NCBI GenBank assembly: GCA_028286905.1
Contig: JAQBQP010000001.1
Span: 15,114-79,113 of the forward strand
Reading direction: 5' to 3'
Length of the DNA stretch: 64,000 nucleotides
From: Candidatus Doudnabacteria bacterium
GTDB lineage: Bacteria; Patescibacteriota; Doudnabacteria; UBA920; VMFF01
In this document: positions 52,067 through 62,063 of the stretch, in pieces
Numbering within the stretch: position 1 is the first letter of the stretch
How the letters are laid out: each line of letters starts with the position of its first letter
Program-made: the position numbers and the translations under genes
Notes under the pieces: model-generated
The model's input: the letters and a program-made list of their open reading frames with translations, nothing else
Told to the model about the DNA's origin: nothing
Databases searched by the model: none

Positions 52067-52828
52067 TTAGTGCTTGATGCGGAGGTGCAGGGTGAACGGA
52101 CAGGTGCCGACACCGACGATCCGAACTCCATGAACCTCGTCAGATTCCAACGTGCCCCACGGTGACTCGCCCCAACTGATTTTGTTGGAGCTGAGGAATG
52201 TGATGTCGTGGAAGATCGTATCGCCCGGCGCACGTACAGTCGTGATCTGGGTTCCCCCGTAGGTTCCCGAAACATTCCGGGCCGTGAACGAGCCAGACTT
52301 GCTCTGGGCGTACAAGGTGTTGCCGAGGATCACATTTGGATTCGGGCTCATCCAGGCGGTATCGTTTGGAATAACGATGTCCGCACAACTGAAGTCACCG
52401 GAGTTCAAACGGAGCGTCGTACTCACCGTCGTGGTAACCACCGGGTTCGAGGATCGGGGATCGCCGGTCGCGGTGATCAAATAGGTAATGATCGACGGCG
52501 TGTTCAAGTTGAAGTCCGCCGGCGGAGCATTTGCCTGATTGACGACGATGCTGTCACAGCCGAAGACCTTCACGGAAATCGGCAGACTAGCGTCCCGACC
52601 CAGAGCATTAGACGGTGTCCGGTCAACCTTGCAGCTGAGGGCATTAGATGCCGCCAGCAGAATGGTCGTAGTCCGGTTCAGCGTCTCGAACTTCGGGGGT
52701 GGCGGAATGACGCCGAGCGTGGGGCTAGCAGGTGGAATGGGGTTCCCGGGCTGGGTAGTTTCGCCTCCCCCTCCACAAGAAACCACCAAGAGCGCTGAAG
52801 CCGCCATGGTGCAAAAAGACTTTCTCAT
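52067..52828 (-). CDS. GC-rich lipoprotein of unknown function
   Basis: AAGGAGG SD, lipobox VVSC-GGGG; TTGACA upstream; terminator at about 52010-52053. Confidence 0.7.
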   Translation of the reverse strand: MRKSFCTMAASALLVVSCGGGGETTQPGNPIPPASPTLGVIPPPPKFETLNRTTTILLAASNALSCKVDRTPSNALGRDASLPISVKVFGCDSIVVNQANAPPADFNLNTPSIITYLITATGDPRSSNPVVTTTVSTTLRLNSGDFSCADIVIPNDTAWMSPNPNVILGNTLYAQSKSGSFTARNVSGTYGGTQITTVRAPGDTIFHDITFLSSNKISWGESPWGTLESDEVHGVRIVGVGTCPFTLHLRIKH

Positions 52829-52998
52829 ACAGCCCTCCTTGGTGGCTGAAGTGTATCGCATTTACGGATCTGTGTATTTAGACCGCGTCGTACCTTATAT
52901 ATACGGTATTTGGCAGTAAATGTCAAGGGGCTGTTTATACAAATGCTGAGAAAGGATGTTACCTTTCCCCTTTTAAAACCGTAATATACACTATAAGC

Positions 52999-53529
52999 AT
53001 GACACAAATAGATGACCAGAGCTTCAACGAGCTTTATGATCTTTATATAACAAAGATCTATAACTTCATTTATTACCGGACTCATCATAAAGAAACCGCT
53101 GAGGACTTAACCAGTAAAACTTTTGTAAAAGCCTGGGAAAATCTAAGCAAGTTTGATGATGAAAAAGGTGCTTTTTCATCATGGATATATTCGATTGCCC
53201 GCAACAACTTAATTGATCATTATCGCAAAGAAAAAGGCACTTCTGATATTGACCAAATAATCAATTTTTCTTCTTCAGAGAACATTGAACACGACACTGG
53301 ACTTAAGCTGCAGCTAGAACAAGTTGAGAAATACCTTAAGGAACTTCCTGCGGACCAAAGAGACATTGTAATTATGCGAGTTTGGGATGACCTTTCTTAC
53401 AAAGAAATCGCGGCAATTCTTAAAAAAAGCGAAGCCAGTTGCAAAATGTCTTTTTATCGAACAATGCAAAAGGTTCAGACCCACTTTCCTATTGCCATAA
53501 CATTACTTTTATTAATTAAAGCTTTCTAA
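52999..53529 (+). CDS. ECF RNA polymerase sigma factor
   Basis: AEDLT..TF, FSSWIY.IARN, LP..QR, SYKEIA. Confidence 0.93.
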   Translation: MTQIDDQSFNELYDLYITKIYNFIYYRTHHKETAEDLTSKTFVKAWENLSKFDDEKGAFSSWIYSIARNNLIDHYRKEKGTSDIDQIINFSSSENIEHDTGLKLQLEQVEKYLKELPADQRDIVIMRVWDDLSYKEIAAILKKSEASCKMSFYRTMQKVQTHFPIAITLLLLIKAF

Positions 53530-53531
53530 TT

Positions 53532-55106
53532 ATGAACTTACAACTACAAAACTTATTGGAAGAGCTTTATACTCTTGACCCAACACTTCGAACCCGAGAA
53601 AAAGAACTAAAGCAAATCATCGAGGTTTTACTAAAGTCCAAACCAGATATTAAACTCGATCAGAATTTTCGAGAACGTTTGCGAATCGAATTACAAAATC
53701 ATCAACCAAAACAATCGGTATTTAATTCAATAAACCAAAATAAAATGAAAAAGTTTAATATCTACTTTGGATCAGCGCTATGCCTATTACTTATAGCTGG
53801 GGCAGTAGCGCTTCAAGCAAACAAAAATAAACAGCAGCTGCAATTAGCTAATGGGACAATGCTTGGCGAAGGAAAAATCATTCGCTTGGCAGATAACGCC
53901 TTTGGTTCTCTTAATAACCCCAGTGCTGGCACAGCAGCTAATACTCAGCCAGTAGCCGCTACTCCACTAGCAAAAAGCACCCTTCAGCAAGATGTTTCTA
54001 ATTCCACAGGTTCCGCTCCTTCTTTAAAACCAATGTCTCCGATGTCTTTAAGTACTCCAGCTTCGGTTCCGCCCGCGAACCCCTTACTGAGAATTTACCA
54101 ACCTACAGAGCTGCATTATATTTATGATGGCCCTGCCATCACAATCCCAAGCGATAAATTGGAAGTGCTAAAAAAGACCGCGCTTGACCTTACGAGTACT
54201 CAACTTAATGACTCTTTAAAAAACTTAAACCTTGGGTTAATTGATTTTGGCACTTTTAAGAATCTAAACGTAGATTCATTTACAGTTTCAGAAAAAGACG
54301 GTTATAGCATTACTGTTGATCCAAAAGCCGGCACTATCAATTTATATGCTCAGAACCAAAATTATGGCGGCGGGTGTGCCATCCCATTGGCAAGCCCAAT
54401 GGCCAGTGCTGGTACAAGCTCTAGCAGCAGTGCAAATGCAATAATACGTCCGTGCATGGAATCCCAAATAAAGATTTCGGATGTTCCGGACGATCAAACA
54501 CTTATTGATGCTGCAAACAAATTTATTGCTGATCATCATATAAGTTTAAAAAATTACGGAGCTCCTGAAGTGGTTTCTGATTGGAAAATTCAATATGAGC
54601 AATCTTCTGATAAAGCAACTTTCTATATACCAACCGCTGGGACTGTTCTGTATCCCGCTCAAATTAATGGCATTGGAGTATACGATCAAAATGGCAATAA
54701 AGTTGGCATGGGCGTTGCTTTAAACTTCGCAGATCAAAAAGTTACATCGATCTCTGAACTTAATCTTGGAAATTATCAGAGTTCTCTATACAGCACCGAG
54801 ACAGATATTTCAAAAATAATGGCTATAGTAGAAAAAGGCGGCACTGATACTTATTACCCGGCTGATGCTAATGCCAAAACCGAAGATGTTCAGCTAGGCT
54901 CTCCGAAGCTTCAATTAATGACTTATTGGGATTATCAAAATAATAATTCAACTGAGCTGTTTGTACCGGCATTAATTTTCCCGATTACCAAAGCTCCAGC
55001 GGATGTGCCTATTTATAAAAAGGCTGTCGTAGTTCCTATTATAAAAGACATTTTAAGCGCACTTCCACCCCCATATCAAATTATGTTACCGGGTATAAAA
55101 AAATAA
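53532..55106 (+). CDS. Putative anti-sigma factor with large extracytoplasmic domain
   Basis: Adjacent to the sigma gene; short cytoplasmic N-terminus, one TM. Confidence 0.6.
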   Translation: MNLQLQNLLEELYTLDPTLRTREKELKQIIEVLLKSKPDIKLDQNFRERLRIELQNHQPKQSVFNSINQNKMKKFNIYFGSALCLLLIAGAVALQANKNKQQLQLANGTMLGEGKIIRLADNAFGSLNNPSAGTAANTQPVAATPLAKSTLQQDVSNSTGSAPSLKPMSPMSLSTPASVPPANPLLRIYQPTELHYIYDGPAITIPSDKLEVLKKTALDLTSTQLNDSLKNLNLGLIDFGTFKNLNVDSFTVSEKDGYSITVDPKAGTINLYAQNQNYGGGCAIPLASPMASAGTSSSSSANAIIRPCMESQIKISDVPDDQTLIDAANKFIADHHISLKNYGAPEVVSDWKIQYEQSSDKATFYIPTAGTVLYPAQINGIGVYDQNGNKVGMGVALNFADQKVTSISELNLGNYQSSLYSTETDISKIMAIVEKGGTDTYYPADANAKTEDVQLGSPKLQLMTYWDYQNNNSTELFVPALIFPITKAPADVPIYKKAVVVPIIKDILSALPPPYQIMLPGIKK

Positions 55107-55154
55107 GCTCAAATAAAAAAACCACCGCAATTGCTGCGGTGGTTTTTTTATTTT

Positions 55155-55619
55155 TTATTTTTGTAAATAAGTTAAGGTTAGACTAGTTTTGCCATCGCTT
55201 TTTTTGTTTGCGACAACATTTACTTCAACGTTATCTTTTATCGCGTAAATGCTTTGGAGATTGGCACTGGTATGATTTTGATTTACAAGGTTATAGCCAT
55301 TGGTTTTAAAATAACTTTGATACAAACCATACAAATCCTTAGGGCTCATAGCGCTAATCAGATTAACTGTATATTGATTCTGCTTGCTGTAGTCCATGTT
55401 ATAGCTTTGATCTGGAGTAGCTTTTGAATCAAGTAACAATTCTCTTGGAAAGCCAACAATAACCTGACCAACTGGCGCATCAGTTTTCTTTGCTAAATCC
55501 TGACGAGCGAGAACGCCAGTATTTTGAGAATGTTTCTTTTGGTAAAGAACTATGCCAGTACCACCAACAATAACTACAGCTGCTAGTGTTATTAAAACAA
55601 TTTTTTGATTGCGATCCAT
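55155..55619 (-). CDS. Membrane-anchored hypothetical protein (paralog of 57100-57555)
   Basis: Shared FP..L, S...PK.LY..Y..Y...GY, IYA, VN.V pattern. Confidence 0.7.
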   Translation of the reverse strand: MDRNQKIVLITLAAVVIVGGTGIVLYQKKHSQNTGVLARQDLAKKTDAPVGQVIVGFPRELLLDSKATPDQSYNMDYSKQNQYTVNLISAMSPKDLYGLYQSYFKTNGYNLVNQNHTSANLQSIYAIKDNVEVNVVANKKSDGKTSLTLTYLQK

Positions 55620-55683
55620 ACTTTTATCTTTATTTCTTATTAACTTTTGTGTGATCTAATTATATCACAAAAGCCGGGTCAAT

Positions 55684-56301
55684 TTAAAAGTCTATCCCCC
55701 GTTGTGCCAAAATACCTTTGTAATACGGGTGCTTAATCATTTTTATCTCCGAGACTAGATCAGAACAAGCAATAATGTTTTCAAAAGCGTCATGCCCGGT
55801 ATAAGCTAAGTGCAGATGCTTTGGTTTCTGTTTAACAAGCGCGACGACTTCCTTTTCTGAGAACAGGCCCAACTCAACCGCGGAAACTAGTTCATCCAAA
55901 ATAATTAAATCATATTTATCAGAATTAATTATTTTTTTTGCTAGAAGCAATCCTTTATTTGCTTCCTTAATATGCACAGAGCGCTGTTTTTTGTCTCCTA
56001 AAATTCCCACGAAGCCAGCGCCGGTTTGTTCAGTTGTAATTTTGCCGATACTTTTAACGCTGCTTTTTTTAGCAGCGTTAAAAAATAAAATTTCTGATGA
56101 AATCGGCCATTCCCCGCTTTGTAACTTCTGACCTTTGGCAGCCGCTTTAGATTTAACAAACTGCAGGATAAAAACATCCATATCCGCACCGGCAGCCCGA
56201 GCAGCCAAGCCCATTGCCGCAGTGGTCTTTCCTTTGCCCTTGCCGTAATAAAATATATTCAATCCTTTTCGTGTTTTACGAACTAATGGATTACTGCCCA
56301 T
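55684..56301 (-). CDS. cobO: Cob(I)alamin adenosyltransferase, CobO/BtuR type
   Basis: G.GKGKTTAAMG, QF.K, ILDE, KHPY.KG..AQRGIDF. Confidence 0.9.
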   Translation of the reverse strand: MGSNPLVRKTRKGLNIFYYGKGKGKTTAAMGLAARAAGADMDVFILQFVKSKAAAKGQKLQSGEWPISSEILFFNAAKKSSVKSIGKITTEQTGAGFVGILGDKKQRSVHIKEANKGLLLAKKIINSDKYDLIILDELVSAVELGLFSEKEVVALVKQKPKHLHLAYTGHDAFENIIACSDLVSEIKMIKHPYYKGILAQRGIDF

Positions 56302-56315
56302 ATTTTTAAACTTAG

Positions 56316-57098
56316 CTATCTAACATTCAAATTAGGCGCAGTCACAGCGTGAATCGTGAAGGTTATTTGTTGTGAATTTGAAGAATTACATGTCCTAGAA
56401 TCGGTTGTATAAATATAATTCGCTCTCCAAGGGCCTCCGGGAGGAGAGCTTTGACTTGGAGGAGAGCCACTTGTAACAGCAAAATTATATGTTGCATTCC
56501 CAGGAACGCTAAAAGTTGTGTTGGTTGGATAAGCTCCACCTACACTGCTTGGGCCGCTTATATTAAAATTATTTGTACCACCCAACGAAAAATTCCCATT
56601 ATTTAAATCACCAGCAATGGTAATTGTACAAGTTACTGGAGGAGCCGAATGTTGAACGTAAAAAGTTAAGATATTTGTCCTGTATTGATCTGCAACATAA
56701 CAGCTACAACCTCCGGAATAATAGGTATTGGTATTGGCTCTTAATTGAACAGTATGAGGACCGTTTGGTAAACTTGTGTCATCCACCCCGAATTGAATTC
56801 CGGTACCGCTGTACCAGCCTGGATAATAACTTTGCACAAATAAATTATCGACATAAATTCCGTCCGTTCCATCAGAAGCAAAGCTAACTCCATTTGGCAG
56901 ATTCTGCCAGGTACCATAAACAATTAACCCTGGATCATCGGCTTGAGCACTTGAGGAATTAGTGGCTCCACCAGTAGTATTATTGGCATAATCCAAACTA
57001 CCCATCGAAGGGTAAATCGCATGAGCTGGTTTAACCGAGTAGCCAAACTGATAAACGCAAATTGCTAAAACAATTAGAGAAAATAGTGCTTTTTTCAT
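56316..57098 (-). CDS. Secreted Ig-like domain protein
   Basis: Signal peptide ending AHA; DTSLPNGPHTVQLRA. Confidence 0.6.
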   Translation of the reverse strand: MKKALFSLIVLAICVYQFGYSVKPAHAIYPSMGSLDYANNTTGGATNSSSAQADDPGLIVYGTWQNLPNGVSFASDGTDGIYVDNLFVQSYYPGWYSGTGIQFGVDDTSLPNGPHTVQLRANTNTYYSGGCSCYVADQYRTNILTFYVQHSAPPVTCTITIAGDLNNGNFSLGGTNNFNISGPSSVGGAYPTNTTFSVPGNATYNFAVTSGSPPSQSSPPGGPWRANYIYTTDSRTCNSSNSQQITFTIHAVTAPNLNVR

Positions 57099-57099
57099 T

Positions 57100-57555
57100 T
57101 TACTTTTTTTTCTTAATTACGTAACTAACGACCACCTTAACATCTTTAGCTTCTTTTAAGATAACTATATTGACATCGTTAACATCGCTTGTGGCATAGA
57201 TATTGGAAATAGGCAAAGCGTACTTTTTGGTCAAAATTAAATACCCAGCTTTACTTACATAATTCAAGTAGTAATCATAAAGTTCTTTTGGAGTTTGCTG
57301 AGAAAGAATTGTGGTAGTATTGTTCTCAACTTTATCGATATTACTAACCTTACTATCTACTAACGTACCATCCTTCGGCATTAAAGCTGTAGGAAAATCA
57401 GCGGTTAACTTTACTGGCTCAGGGGTTGTATTTTGTGTTTCAGTGTTATTTGCAGCAGGGCTCGTATTCGGACGTGTTTTATAGTAGATTCCGCCAGCTG
57501 CGGCTACTAATATAAATAGCACTATCGGAATAACAATCTTTAAGATTTTACTCAT
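57100..57555 (-). CDS. Membrane-anchored hypothetical protein
   Basis: N-terminal TM; paralog of 55155-55619. Confidence 0.7.
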   Translation of the reverse strand: MSKILKIVIPIVLFILVAAAGGIYYKTRPNTSPAANNTETQNTTPEPVKLTADFPTALMPKDGTLVDSKVSNIDKVENNTTTILSQQTPKELYDYYLNYVSKAGYLILTKKYALPISNIYATSDVNDVNIVILKEAKDVKVVVSYVIKKKK

Positions 57556-57651
57556 TTTATTTTATACGATTATTGTTTTCTATATTATACACTTAAACCT
57601 TGGTTTAACAAAAATCGTCCTATATATTAGGACGATTTTGTTAAGATCAAT

Positions 57652-60357
57652 TTAACCGCACTTTGAGAAACCGCAAGATTCGCATTTCATGCATCCCTCA
57701 GCCATTCTTAGCATCGAGCCACATTCCTGACAAATCGGCACATGCCCAAAATCCGCAACTGACATTTTTCTAGTTTCTGGAACGGTGTTCCCTGTTGCCG
57801 CAGCAACCGGTTCACTGACCTTTATTTTCACCTCTTCAGTAATATTTTCTATCGGTGCTGTTTCTTTAAAGTTCAGCTGCAAACTCTGTTGTTTGCGATT
57901 AATATGTTTTTCCAAAGTCTTAGCAACTCCATCAGGTAGCGAGTAAATTATTTCACCCTGATTAAAAGATACTTCGGTACTGCGGATGCCTTTTAACTGA
58001 GAAATTATTTCATCTACTGAAACGCCGGAACGCAAACCCAATGAAATCATTCGGCACAGTCCTTCGGTTTGAGCAGCAAAGAATCCACCGGATTTTCCTA
58101 ATGTTGCAAATACTTCAAACGGCCCGTGCTCGTCCTCATTGATAGTTACAAACAAATGCCCATAGGTCGTGTTCAGTTTGTAAGTAGTCCCATTCATTTC
58201 TGTTGGACGGTCTCTTGGCACTACTTCATATTTGTGTCCGTTTTGGATTAGCTTTTTTACGATAAATTTATTATTGCCTACATGCAAAAGATCTTCACTC
58301 TTTTCTTCGGTCTTTTCTGCATTAGCCGCACTGTTTGACTGCACAACCGCAGCCGCAATAAGTGCGTCATTCTTATCAGAATCAATCTGCATCTGTTCAG
58401 CAACTTCTTTGCCTAAGCTTTTCTTGTCTGTAGCTAAAATTTGCTCGTCACGGGAACCATCACGATAAATCGTGCCGCCCTTGCAACCTAAGTCATACAT
58501 CAGCTGATAAAGTTTTTCAGTATCTTCTACTGTGTAATTTGAAGGGGCATTACAAGTTTTAGAAATTGCCGAGTCAGTCCAGCGTTGAACTGCAGCTTGA
58601 ACCTTAACATGGTCTTCTGGGGCTAAATCCATTGCAGTAGCAAAGTATTCAGGCAGGTCCTGTCCTTGATGCGCGTCCAACCAATCCTGAGCAAGTTTAA
58701 TCTTCTCTTCGTGGACGCCTAAACGAGATTTGCGGAAATAGCTCCAAGAGAAGAATGGTTCAATTCCAGTAGAAGTTCCAACCATTGTGCCGATCGTTCC
58801 GGTTGGTGCCTGAGTCATAATTGTAACGTTACGAATGCCGTATTGGCGAACCATGCTGCGAATATATTCTGGCATGGTCTTCATGAAGCCGCTCTCCAAA
58901 AACTTTTCAGCATCAAACTGGGAGAAGGCGCCTTTTTCACGCGCAAGCTCTACGGAAGTTTCGTAAGCAGTGACCGCGATAAATTGGTAAAGTTTATCAA
59001 TAAATTTTACGCCTTCTTCACTACCGTATCTGATTCCTAAACGCACAAGCATTTCTGCCAAACCAATCGTGCCCATGCCTACTCTGCGTTCAGACATCTG
59101 CTGTTTAAAGTTCTCATCAAAGAAATAAGGAGTAGCGTCAATAACGTTATCCTGGAAACGAACAGCATACTGCACTGTTTCTTTTAACTTATTCCAATCG
59201 ACATCCTGTCCAAGCAAATGTTTAGAAAGGTTAACGTGGCCAAGATTACAAACGCCCCAAGCAGGCAAAGGCTGCTCACCGCAAGGGTTTGTACATGGCA
59301 AGGAAGCATAGTAATGCGAATTAGACATGTCATTAGCACGGTCGATGAAATACATACCTGGTTCAGCAGAAGACCATGCTGATGAAATAATCTGATTCCA
59401 AACATCTCTCGCCATCACTGTTTTGTGTTTGATTATTTTTCCGCCAAGTTTTTTCCAAGCTCTAATATCCCCTTGAGTATTTGCCCATTCAGTCTTATAT
59501 AAAGGATCGGAGGTATCTGGAAAAACTAAATCCCAAGCTAAATCATTCTTTACGGCATGCATGAAGTCATCAGTGATGCCAACAGAAATATTCGCGTTAG
59601 TAATCTTACCGGCTTCTCTCTTAGCATTTATAAAATCCAAAATATCCGGATGCCAAGCGTTCAAGATCAACATCAAAGCACCGCGGCGAGAGCCACCTTG
59701 TTCTATTAATCCTGTAACGAAGCTGTACAGCGAAGCCCAAGAAACAGATCCAGAGGAGCGTCCGTTAACACCTTTAACGTAAGCATAACGTGGACGCAAA
59801 GTAGAAACGTTAATACCTACACCGCCGCCGCGAGACATTATTTCCGCCATCTGACGAAGAGTGTCAAAAATTCCACCACGAGAATCTTCTGGACATGGAA
59901 TTACATAACAGTTGTAGAAAGTTAAATTCTGGCCGGTGCCTGCACCAGTAAAAATTCTACCTGCTGGTACATATTTCCAGTCATCCATAAGCTCTCGAAA
60001 TTTGCCGTTCCATTCATTCTGTTTTTCTGGAGTTTTTTCAACGCTAGAAATATGCTGAGCGATACGATCAAACATTTGTTCTGGAACTGTCTCCAGCGGT
60101 TTGTCGACATGTTCTAAAGAACGAGTCTCTACTGAACCATCGCGAAGCGTTACCTCAACCTGTTTGGTATTTGAATCAAAAGACTTAACAGTGCCAATTT
60201 CTCTCTGTCCGGTTTTCAAATTTACACAAACAACAACTGTATCCCCTTCGGTTAAAGTTTCTTTTTTTGCATCTTTAACAGCGTAACGATCTAAAAAGAT
60301 CTTTTCTCCTAGGTCGGATAAGGCATTAGTTGTTCTGGTTTGTAAGTTTTCGCTCAT
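57652..60357 (-). CDS. nrdJ: Adenosylcobalamin-dependent (class II) ribonucleotide reductase
   Basis: NCYV, QGG.RRGA, TNPCGEQ, CNLG, APTGT, YRDGSR, C-terminal Cys-rich tail. Confidence 0.93.
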   Translation of the reverse strand: MSENLQTRTTNALSDLGEKIFLDRYAVKDAKKETLTEGDTVVVCVNLKTGQREIGTVKSFDSNTKQVEVTLRDGSVETRSLEHVDKPLETVPEQMFDRIAQHISSVEKTPEKQNEWNGKFRELMDDWKYVPAGRIFTGAGTGQNLTFYNCYVIPCPEDSRGGIFDTLRQMAEIMSRGGGVGINVSTLRPRYAYVKGVNGRSSGSVSWASLYSFVTGLIEQGGSRRGALMLILNAWHPDILDFINAKREAGKITNANISVGITDDFMHAVKNDLAWDLVFPDTSDPLYKTEWANTQGDIRAWKKLGGKIIKHKTVMARDVWNQIISSAWSSAEPGMYFIDRANDMSNSHYYASLPCTNPCGEQPLPAWGVCNLGHVNLSKHLLGQDVDWNKLKETVQYAVRFQDNVIDATPYFFDENFKQQMSERRVGMGTIGLAEMLVRLGIRYGSEEGVKFIDKLYQFIAVTAYETSVELAREKGAFSQFDAEKFLESGFMKTMPEYIRSMVRQYGIRNVTIMTQAPTGTIGTMVGTSTGIEPFFSWSYFRKSRLGVHEEKIKLAQDWLDAHQGQDLPEYFATAMDLAPEDHVKVQAAVQRWTDSAISKTCNAPSNYTVEDTEKLYQLMYDLGCKGGTIYRDGSRDEQILATDKKSLGKEVAEQMQIDSDKNDALIAAAVVQSNSAANAEKTEEKSEDLLHVGNNKFIVKKLIQNGHKYEVVPRDRPTEMNGTTYKLNTTYGHLFVTINEDEHGPFEVFATLGKSGGFFAAQTEGLCRMISLGLRSGVSVDEIISQLKGIRSTEVSFNQGEIIYSLPDGVAKTLEKHINRKQQSLQLNFKETAPIENITEEVKIKVSEPVAAATGNTVPETRKMSVADFGHVPICQECGSMLRMAEGCMKCESCGFSKCG

Positions 60358-60392
60358 AATTTTAGTAATAGTTAGTTATTTTAGTTTTAGCC

Positions 60393-60836
60393 CTAGAGTT
60401 TCTGTAATTCTGCTTTGAACTCTTCAATGTCTTCGAAACATTTATATACTGATGCGAATCGGACGTATGCGACCTTATCAACCTTTTTCACTTTTTTCAT
60501 AACGATCTCGCCAATTTGAGGGCTGCTTATTTCAGGACTGGCTGTTTTCTGTATTTCTTGTTCAATCTGCGATATTAGCTTCTTAAAGCTTTCCTCTGTA
60601 ATTGGCCGCTTCTCAAAGGCCTTCCTAATTCCTCTTTCCATCTTATCTCGCGAGTAAAGTTCTTTGACTCCATTCCGTTTCACTACGGTTAGGTCTAAAA
60701 TTTCCATTTCCTCATACGTAGAGAAGCGGAAACTGCACGAAACGCACTCCCTTCTGCGCCGAATTGCTACTCCTTCCCCAGCGACACGGGAATCAATGAC
60801 TTTAGTATCTTCATGATTACAATTTACGCAACGCAT
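60393..60836 (-). CDS. nrdR: Transcriptional repressor NrdR
   Basis: CxxC, VIDSR, RRRREC, ATP cone, AYVRFASVY. Confidence 0.96.
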   Translation of the reverse strand: MRCVNCNHEDTKVIDSRVAGEGVAIRRRRECVSCSFRFSTYEEMEILDLTVVKRNGVKELYSRDKMERGIRKAFEKRPITEESFKKLISQIEQEIQKTASPEISSPQIGEIVMKKVKKVDKVAYVRFASVYKCFEDIEEFKAELQKL

Positions 60837-60956
60837 AGAGTTTATTCTTAATTTTTTTGGCTAAATTTGAGCTGAACAAATAAGCGTTTTCGCCTATAAA
60901 ATAGACTAGAACTTGGATAAAACCTTTGCGAACATTTTTTTTGATATTTGTTTCGG

Positions 60957-61004
60957 ACACTAGATGTAGTGTTCTTGTACTTATCTTATCACTATAGGTT
61001 GTGG
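60957..61004. promoter_or_regulatory. Tandem NrdR boxes
   Basis: ACACTAGATGTAGTGT (60957-60972) and TCACTATAGGTTGTGG (60989-61004), 32 bp apart. Confidence 0.8.
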
Positions 61005-61149
61005 TACGCAAATAAAAACAAAACCCGCAATTTCCTTAATAAATTAGCGGGTCAAGTTTTTTATCCGGTTTTCGTTCACCTATTTATCCACAAAATTGTT
61101 GCTAGTGCGCTCAAGCAAATTTAATCTAAAATTCTGATATACTTTAGCT

Positions 61150-62025
61150 ATGAAAATTGCCCTATTTACCGGAGGCTTAACCGAAGAACGCCCTGTTTCA
61201 ATAGCCTCTGCCACTAACGTAAACAAATTACTGGACTTTGCTGACACAGAGACCTTTGTAATGCCTGAAGACCTAGAAAAGTTCGTAGCCACTCACAAGA
61301 GCTTTGACTTCGCTATACCCATTATTCATGGTAAAGGCGGAGAAGACGGCGTGATCCAAGGGTTATTTGAATCCTTAAGCATTCCGTATTTATTTTCTGG
61401 GGTCCAAGCCAGCTCGATTGCAATTGATAAAAAAAGAACCAAGCAAATTGCTAAGGCACTTGGATATACTGTTACGAAAGAAAGTTCAGTTGAAAACTCC
61501 TCCTTTCCTCTCTTTGCCAAACCGCGGTTTGGCGGTTCCTCGGTAGCTTCCGGGCTTTGTAAGTCTCAAGCAGACTTAGATAACTTAAAAAAGTTGTGCT
61601 CAGACCCATTTATTTTAGAGCAGCCTCTGAAAGGACGCGAGTTTACAGTAGGAGTAATCGAACAGAATGGGAAAACAATAGCCTTACCTGTTATAGAAAT
61701 TATAACTCCTGAAAATTCATTCTTTGATTTCGAACATAAATACGACCCAAATAACCTCGCGGGCGAAATATGCCCGGCGCAGATCCCCATTGAACTTAAC
61801 TCGGCGCTTCAAGCCGAGGCTTTAGCGATCCATACAGAAATCGGCGCGCGACACATCTCTCGTTCCGATTTTATTGTTACCAATACTAATGAAATATTTT
61901 TCCTCGAAATAAACACTATTCCAGGCATGACCAACACCTCCTTAATCCCTAAGATGGTCGCTGCCGCAGGTTTAAATCTTCGTGATTTATTAAAACAGTG
62001 GGCCAACGAGGCGCTGTCAAATTAA
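61150..62025 (+). CDS. ddl: D-alanine--D-alanine ligase
   Basis: HGKGGEDG, KP..GGSS, GREFTV, KY, EINTIPGMT..SL.P. Confidence 0.92.
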   Translation: MKIALFTGGLTEERPVSIASATNVNKLLDFADTETFVMPEDLEKFVATHKSFDFAIPIIHGKGGEDGVIQGLFESLSIPYLFSGVQASSIAIDKKRTKQIAKALGYTVTKESSVENSSFPLFAKPRFGGSSVASGLCKSQADLDNLKKLCSDPFILEQPLKGREFTVGVIEQNGKTIALPVIEIITPENSFFDFEHKYDPNNLAGEICPAQIPIELNSALQAEALAIHTEIGARHISRSDFIVTNTNEIFFLEINTIPGMTNTSLIPKMVAAAGLNLRDLLKQWANEALSN

Positions 62026-62063
62026 CCATAGCAATTCCCATTAGCATTTATTAAAATTCTGCT

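Noticed and set aside
52208-52919. Long plus-strand ORFs opposite GC-rich genes (also 2762-3463)
   Set aside because: Expected stop-poor antisense frames; promoter, SD and protein motifs support the minus strand
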